Both the position numbers and the translations under genes were made by a program. A DNA stretch of 59,907 nt, filler included, from Circinaria calcarea (Eukaryota), in NCBI GenBank assembly GCA_051942165.1. It is 9 parts of 9 records of this genome, joined end to end, with 100 filler letters (N's around TTAATTAATTAA, not from the genome) between each part and the next. Parts side by side here need not be neighbours in the genome. Positions count along the whole stretch, not along the records: positions 53,357 to 59,907 come from JAVECS010001555.1; 8 more parts are not named here. One strand, 5' to 3'. A model generated the notes under the pieces. The model had not been told where the DNA came from, did no database searches, and saw nothing but the letters and a program-made list of their open reading frames with translations. The stretch's first letter is position 1; each line of letters begins with the position of its first letter. Shown here one piece after another: positions 53,930 through 59,907 of this stretch.

Positions 53930-54504
53930 AAAATATATTGATTAAAATGTATTGATTAAAATTGTTACGTCCCTAAGCTTCTTAGGCAAAGGCAATGCTA
54001 GTCACTGGTATAAGGCAGGGGCTCTGTCCGACACGTCACGGGGTTCTATACCAATAGCTGGCAAGTAAGAAGTGACAATAGAAGTATATTGCTACACTTG
54101 TAAGGTCTTGACCACACAGGTCAAATACTATGGAAAGGACTGTGCCTATATACCCTTCCCACGACAGGGATTACAGCAGTGATCTGTCACGGAAACGTAG
54201 TGGTGGTGAATAGCCTGTAGTTGAATTCTAAGCTGCCAGCACCTTTTAACTGCGGTGGGATGCGCTAGGCTGCAAACGGACGCCTAAACGGCCCTGCGCA
54301 CAGTGGGTCCATAACATGATCCCTATGATCCCACTGTTCCGTTCTCAGATCAACTGGATCACTCAGATCACTAGTGCTCCCATTGATCCCATACGTTACA
54401 CAAGGGGTCGCTCGGATCATCCTCCTGAATACCCTTGGTACGTGTAGTACTGGTCACGGCCGGTGGCGCCATTACAAAAATGTATTGATTAAAATGTATT
54501 GATT
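53930..54504 (+). repeat. 14-bp minisatellite (AAAATGTATTGATT, 4 units) split by the LTR insertion
   Basis: aaaatatattgatt aaaatgtattgatt aaaat on the left and aaaatgtattgatt aaaatgtattgatt on the right of the inserted element. Confidence 0.85.
53963..54476. mobile_element. Solo LTR (514 nt) of an LTR retrotransposon with a 5-bp target-site duplication AAAAT
   Basis: Begins TGTTA and ends TTACA (TG..CA termini). Flanked by AAAAT at 53958-53962 and 54477-54481. No coding capacity is evident. Confidence 0.8.
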
Positions 54505-55311
54505 ATTGCTCCTCACATCAAAAAACCCTTGGTACTAATTTACACTTCAGCAGTATTCCGATGTACTTGATTCGAAGTGGATATGCCATTGAAGGGATCT
54601 GCCGACAATGGGCGGTAATACCAGGAAGGGAGGACAGAAACCGGATGAATCCGCCAAGGTCACGTGGTCGCCTCAGACCGTCACTCCGTCGTGGCTTTCG
54701 GAAGCACAGGATGTAACGTCGTTGTGAACTTTGATAGGAAGATGCTGCAGTGTCAGGTTCGTGTTTGCACTTGGGCTAATCTATTCCGTGGAGAACCGTT
54801 TCAACGTCCCAACGGGCATCAACTCCAATCGCCTCGACGTCATACCTTCCAGCATAAGCTGCGAGTGATGCGATCGGCTTTTTCATCCATGTCCCTTTGC
54901 TTACTCTCCTCGCACTGCCATCCCTACAGGAAGAGTGCAATGTCTTATTTACTCATCTACAATGCAGCATTTGTCGTTTGGCTCCGTGATATCTGACCTA
55001 TCCGCTGACCATGAGCACCCGATTATCCAGAGCTCGGCTCAACGCGCAAGTTTAGGGTTGAAGCGAAAGTAGCATCGGGTCCGATCGGGCAGTTGCATTC
55101 ATCTCCTAGGAGTTATTCATTCCCTTAATATAATGCTTATGTTGCGTGTCACCAATTCCCTCATCCATTCCAGCGTTGAAAACTTTCGCTGCTACAGCTA
55201 CCAGAAGCGCTTTCCCCACCAGTCTTAATTGTAACCCGAAAGTGTAGAGCCCTCGTTCACAGCTACTACGATTGAAAGGCAGTCACGGCCCAGAAGGTCT
55301 TCGTGGCAACC

Positions 55312-56046
55312 ATGCAACACATCCCCCCAACCTCTCTTCCCTCTCTACCGCCCCGTCTCTCATACACCCTCTCTTTCCTCGACTTCTGCCCCGATATCGA
55401 CGGTCCCGCCATCAACGCCTCCGCTTCCCTCCTCGGCCCTCTCATTCCTACCGTCCTTGATCTCGTCTACACAAAACTCCTCTCGTACGACATCACGGCC
55501 AAGGCATTCGTCCCTCCGCTCGAGCCCGCCGAGAGCACACCGTCGAAACCGCAAACGCCGCAGGAATTGCACCTCCACCACGCGCACATCCTCCGACAGA
55601 AAACATTCTTGAAAGCCTACCTCTTGCGGATCGCCAAGAACGAAGACTGGTCGCCGCAATCACCATTATGGGGGTATATGGATCGAGTCGCTGTTGCCCA
55701 CACCGGGGTGCATCGGCAGAAAAAACCCGACTTACGGGTCGAGTTCATGCACCTGGCGTTGCTCTTGGGATTCGTCGAGGATGTGCTTTTGGGCGCCGTG
55801 TTGGGCGCGGAGCAGTTGGATGCCGAGGCGAAAAGCAAGGTTCTTCGGGCGTGGAATAAGGTCTTGTGGGTGCAGAATGATCTGTTCGCGAGGCATTATG
55901 TCGTGGATAGGGAAACGGGGGAGCGTCCGGCGGGGATGGAGGTCACAAAGGACAGCAGCCAGAAGCTCAAGGCTTGGGGGATACAGGTGTTTGTTACGCT
56001 ACTTGTTGTTGCTCTGGTCGTGAGGGTGTTGGGGTATCTTGGGTGA
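55312..56046 (+). CDS. Protoglobin / globin-sensor-domain protein with a C-terminal transmembrane tail
   Basis: RLSYTLSFLDF, VLDLVYTKLLSYDITAKAF, YMDRVAVAHTG (likely proximal His), LRVEFMHLALLLGFVED and AWNKVLWVQNDLFARHY, followed by the hydrophobic tail WGIQVFVTLLVVALVVRVLGYLG. Confidence 0.85.
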   Translation: MQHIPPTSLPSLPPRLSYTLSFLDFCPDIDGPAINASASLLGPLIPTVLDLVYTKLLSYDITAKAFVPPLEPAESTPSKPQTPQELHLHHAHILRQKTFLKAYLLRIAKNEDWSPQSPLWGYMDRVAVAHTGVHRQKKPDLRVEFMHLALLLGFVEDVLLGAVLGAEQLDAEAKSKVLRAWNKVLWVQNDLFARHYVVDRETGERPAGMEVTKDSSQKLKAWGIQVFVTLLVVALVVRVLGYLG

Positions 56047-56528
56047 CAAGGTACGACCATACGATCATATTCGACCTACAACGGTATGTGTATGACGGCA
56101 GTTGCATGAGCAAAGTGGGAAATGCTGACTCGAGTTCATCTAGGTAAGAGATGACAATCATAATTGATTTACTAACATCAGTCAATCTATCTCGAACCTG
56201 GAGGATTTGTCACGCCACTCAACAAAAAAAGAGTGACCGATAATCTTAGCTCTTTTTTCTTTTGGTCTTCCCTTGCGTTGAGGCTTTGAGATAAAACCTT
56301 GAACATGATCTTTGCTTTTGACAAAGCATTATCCTACAATGAAAAGCGCCCTGTTGTCCTTTGTCACTTTCGTAATTGCATTTATCTGCCCTATAATCCT
56401 TAGATTTCGCATCCTTATAGCCTTGACCGTTTAAACTTACCACCGATTTCTTGGAAACTCATATACACGTACCGGCAGCATTAGTACCGACCAACCAACC
56501 GGCAAAACCCCATTGCACACATCCCAAC

Positions 56529-57342
56529 ATGTCCGTAGATGACCCCCTTTCCACCTTTCCGGCAAGGTCCTACATGCAGAGACGGCAAGGCCTCGGATTC
56601 TGCACCCCCACGCTCCACTTTCTCACCTGCGGCCACGCCAAACGGACCGTCAACTCCCCCTGCGGCAGCACCTGCCAGTTTCCCCAATTCGCCGAGAAGC
56701 GGGCGCACCCGCTGCGATGCAACAGCTGCGTCCAGTACCGGGACGAAGAGTACCTGCTCGTGCAGTTGGACGAAAACGAGCAGCTGTGACGGCACTACGC
56801 TGCGCTCCAAGGACAGCATTTCTGGGACTGGGCTGTGGAACTGGAGGAGATAGAGGACTTGATCTACGAGAAAGAGGGCCGGATGCGTGCGAACGTGCAT
56901 CCGACCGTGTGGCGGCGGGTATCTGATTGATGGAAGGGAGGCATTGGAGGAGGAGGTCAGGTGGAGGATGGAGGAGGAGGAAACGGCGGAGGAAGAGGCA
57001 GAATAGGAACGGATGGTGGCGAACATGCCCAGGTTAGCGAATACCCCCGACGTGGCGTACTATGATCCTCACCATGCTTACCGCGCGTCTTCGGACCGGA
57101 TCGAGGTCCCGCCCGACTCCTCCGCCCGTCCACATCGCCATGGTAACTCCTCCGTCGCTGGCCCGTCGACCACGGAGGAGGGCATCCAGAGCGCTGCCGC
57201 CGAGTGCGCCCCCCGTACCCCTGTCTCGGACGAGGAAATCCGGAATATTGTTCGCTGGGCGCCCATCGAGGACTATTGGGAAGGCGAGGCGTATCAGGGC
57301 GAGTATGATGACGAGGATTGCTGGGAGGGCGAGGAGGATTAG
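56529..57342 (+). pseudogene. Decayed hypothetical gene with a Cys-rich N-terminus and acidic C-terminus
   Basis: GC-rich coding-like sequence CTPTLHFLTCGH...PCGSTC...RCNSC continues past an in-frame TGA (56787), changes frame near 56915, and passes a TAG (~57004) before MVANMPRL. Confidence 0.55.
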
Positions 57343-57889
57343 GGTGAGGATGATATCGAGGAAGACTGGGATATCGAATCGGTTTAGGATAGAAGCCGTT
57401 TTCGGAAAGGTTCGAGGAAATGGGAGAGGGAGGCGATTTTTTTTGGGGGTGGGCGAGGGGAGTGAAGGATAAGAAAGGGACAATGATAGATGGGTAGTTG
57501 GGTTTTGGGATATGTATGGAGGCACTTTTGTTAGGCAGAGGATAGAGAATTGACTGCTAAGTACACCCAATCTTATTTTTTTGGGGAGTTTGGACAAGTA
57601 ACTTGTCCCATGCCTCCATATTCTCGATTTAACGATTCCCCGACCACGAGCTTGGGCTTTTGTCCTTTTTTCTTACATAAACGGGGAATGGAATAGAGCT
57701 CGGTGTAAGGGCGCTGCAATCCTTGGGGCACAATGAGGAATATGTTATGTCCCGATTGGTGATAGCACGGTTACATAGGGTGTAGTTGAAGTATTGCCCT
57801 AGGCTCAATATGAAAGGAGTATATTAAACTCGGTATGGTTCTATAAACATGCTATTTTAATGAACGAGGAACAGCTTATTTATAAAATG

Positions 57890-58005
57890 TCCTGAGCAAT
57901 CTAAACACCCTGAGCACTCCTCTGCTCATTCCGCTCACCTTGCTCACCTAAGCACCCTGAGCACCATGAGCACTGTTCCGCTCACTCTGCTCACTCTGCT
58001 CCGTC
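57890..58005. repeat. Cluster of degenerate GAGCAC / GCTCAC repeats
   Basis: ctgagcaat, ctgagcact, ctaagcaccctgagcaccatgagcactgt, interleaved with gctcat/gctcac units. Confidence 0.6.
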
Positions 58006-58398
58006 ACGTGTGGTGAACCCGCTAGTCCATTCTTAGCTCTGGACCCTGAGTATGGCGTGGCGCCATAACAATATAAAAAGTATATAATTAAATATTTTAC
58101 GATTTTTTTATAAAAATAAGAGCTAAGGCCTAAAATGGATAGAAAACTAGGCCGAAAAATATAAAAAATTAAATTCTTTACGACCATTTTAAATGTTCTG
58201 TTAAGACTTCAATAGAATTTTACTCGAATCGGACCGGGTCGTGCCCAGATTTATAACCCTTTAACTTCATTCCTTGTTTCAGGGCATTATATACACCCCG
58301 ACCTTAGGATTGAGGATTATTGTTTTTTATTAGGAAAAGGAGCAGGGCCGTTTTAAAAGGAGCACCAGGGAAGCAAAGGGGCCTAGCGGAGGAGCACT

Positions 58399-58560
58399 AA
58401 GGGAGCACGAGGGAGCATCGAGGGAGCATGAGGGAGCATCGAGGGAGCATGAGGGAGCATGAGGGAGCATGAGGGAGCATGAGGGAGCATGAGGGAGCAT
58501 GAGGGAGCATGAGGGAGCATGAGGGAGCATGAGGGAGCATGAGGGAGCATGAGGGAGCAC
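58399..58560 (+). repeat. Decanucleotide tandem array (GAGGGAGCAT)n, 11 perfect copies plus about 5 variants
   Basis: Perfect units 58441-58550; variant units (GAGGGAGCAC, GAGGGAGCATC) on both sides. Confidence 0.97.
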
Positions 58561-58869
58561 TATAGGTCAGTGCAGTAGGTGGTAGTCTGACTTGGCTACC
58601 TCCGTACCTGGCTGCAGCTGCTCGTGTTATCTACAATAAATTCGATCAATAGTAATGCCTAATTCAGCCTGCTGTTGTTTGGACGCCTCGAACTTCCGCC
58701 GGTCAAATCATTTATTGGGCACCGATAGGACTTGGTTGAAGCAAGGCTCTGAAGGTAGATTAGAGCTTTCGAACAAAGACATAATTAGTAGGGTAGAATC
58801 TTTCATAATGGAAAGACCGTCTTGGTCGGTAGGAATGCCCGATTCTTCTTTGCTGTCTCGTGGGTTGAC

Positions 58870-59379
58870 CTAATATCTCTTAAAGGAGCCCTTGCATTCC
58901 ACGCTTCCACCACACGGGAAATTATTCTTCAGCCCAAAATCATGAGGTCCATACATGTCTAACTCCACTCCTGGTTGCGGGCGCCCTAACTGTATAACCC
59001 CTTCCGGCACCCATATATGTCCAAGCCCCACCCTTTTGCCATTAAATTTGACCTCCCAACCCAGATGAGGTCCTTGATCAGAACCGGGTTGCGGAACATC
59101 GACGTCTAACATACAATCAATGGTATAGCAGTTGGCATTCTGCCACATACCATCGAAGTGTGTGTTGATTTCAACAACAATAGGTCCTGCACGGGTAGAA
59201 TCATGACTCGTATAAAGACTATGGGCGAGGGAATTGGAGCCGTACTGGCTTTTGATCCAGTTGCGATGCGCTACCGGAATATTCAGGATGGTGCCGATGC
59301 ACTTTACCGATTTCTCGATGGCCATTCCATTGGCATGTCGAACGCTTATTGCGTTGCCGTCCAACTCTGCTGCATCCAT
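58870..59379 (-). CDS. Intronless 169-aa protein resembling the polymorphic-toxin RNase domain Ntox47 (putative)
   Basis: Intact ATG-to-TAG ORF with globular composition. The motif series IVVE...LDVD...GPHLGWE...GKR..GHIW...GR matches my recollection of the Ntox47 consensus; not verified by search. Confidence 0.55.
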   Translation of the reverse strand: MDAAELDGNAISVRHANGMAIEKSVKCIGTILNIPVAHRNWIKSQYGSNSLAHSLYTSHDSTRAGPIVVEINTHFDGMWQNANCYTIDCMLDVDVPQPGSDQGPHLGWEVKFNGKRVGLGHIWVPEGVIQLGRPQPGVELDMYGPHDFGLKNNFPCGGSVECKGSFKRY

Positions 59380-59699
59380 AAAGGATAATTATCCTGCACT
59401 GACTCTCTCTTTATTTATTCGAAAGCTGAGAGATAAGAAAGAATGCTACGTAATGGCAATGTTAGCCGTGCTTAAGATAACAGTGGAAGCAGGTACTTAT
59501 GCGTTTCAGCAGAGGTTATTATGAATCAAAAAGGGATATCAAAGGGTTTTTTTAGGGATTACTCTATCCCAGAGACTCTGTTCACTCTAAGTATATAGGT
59601 AGCAGGAGGCTGAACTAGGCAACAGCGTTACACGAACAGCCCAAGAAACTAAAACCTATTAGGAGGCAGCCAATTAAATTATTATATACTACGCCGCTT

Positions 59700-59907
59700 C
59701 CTGCTCTAAATGTAAACCGGTTTTACCGAAATAATTAAAAAGAGCCGAAAATCGTGATTGGGACACGTGGAGAAAGAGGCGGGGGAAAATATATTAATTA
59801 AACCCTTTTTTCGTTCTATATTTTAATTATCCCTCGAGTAATTTCTTATATATATTATATACGATTTATATACTTTTTTATAAAATAAATATATATATAT
59901 ATTATAA
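59700..59907. repeat. Very AT-rich, TpA-rich relic (RIP-like degraded repeat) at the contig end
   Basis: Runs such as ttatatatattatatac, aaataaatatatatatatattataa; low GC relative to flanking genes. Confidence 0.55.

Noticed and set aside
58020..58070. Hairpin TATGGCG-TGG-CGCCATA as a Helitron 3' end
   Set aside because: No properly placed CTRR terminus followed by T, and no 5' TC end could be identified.
58330..58560. ORF with repeated MLPHAPSCSL units; also a possible CRISPR-like or telomeric array
   Set aside because: It is the translation of a 10-bp tandem repeat. There are no spacers, it is not a TTAGGG-type repeat, and it is not at a contig end.
58655..58873. 72-aa plus-strand ORF abutting the toxin-like gene as a candidate immunity protein
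   Set aside because: It is convergent, short and has no recognisable motif; nothing beyond position supports it.
1..59907. tRNA, rRNA or CRISPR loci
   Set aside because: No cloverleaf/T-loop context, rRNA-like sequence or repeat-spacer array was seen by eye. tRNAscan-SE/Infernal would be needed to exclude small ncRNAs.

Overview
This window is not one continuous locus. It is nine short contigs of a filamentous ascomycete (Pezizomycotina-type genes with short GT-AG introns), joined by eight artificial 100-nt spacers (N44-TTAATTAATTAA-N44). Contig lengths never increase (6583, 6581, 6573, 6570, 6566, 6566, 6562, 6555, 6551 nt), so they are size-sorted, and adjacency across spacers has no biological meaning. 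Contigs 3-5 and 8 are gene-dense housekeeping sequence: BUD13/CWC26, ATL1, BRR6/BRL1, ATG10, U2B''/U1A, ARC40, ERG13, a PDR16-like Sec14 protein, POL12 and GDA1. Contigs 1, 2, 6 and 7 add a membrane-tethered lectin-like propeller, a PTH11-like receptor, AYR1, PNGase A, an MDR reductase, a VPS9-ankyrin-PX protein and several decayed genes (an acyltransferase, a GH5 and a long PHD-finger-like relic with RIP-type damage). Contig 9 is an accessory, repeat-rich segment. It holds a solo LTR with a 5-bp target-site duplication inside a 14-bp minisatellite, a tail-anchored protoglobin-type globin, a pseudogene and a GAGGGAGCAT array. It also carries the best candidate for novelty: an intronless 169-aa ORF (58870-59379, minus) whose motif order resembles the bacterial polymorphic-toxin RNase family Ntox47. 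All family calls come from motif recognition by eye; no database searches were run.
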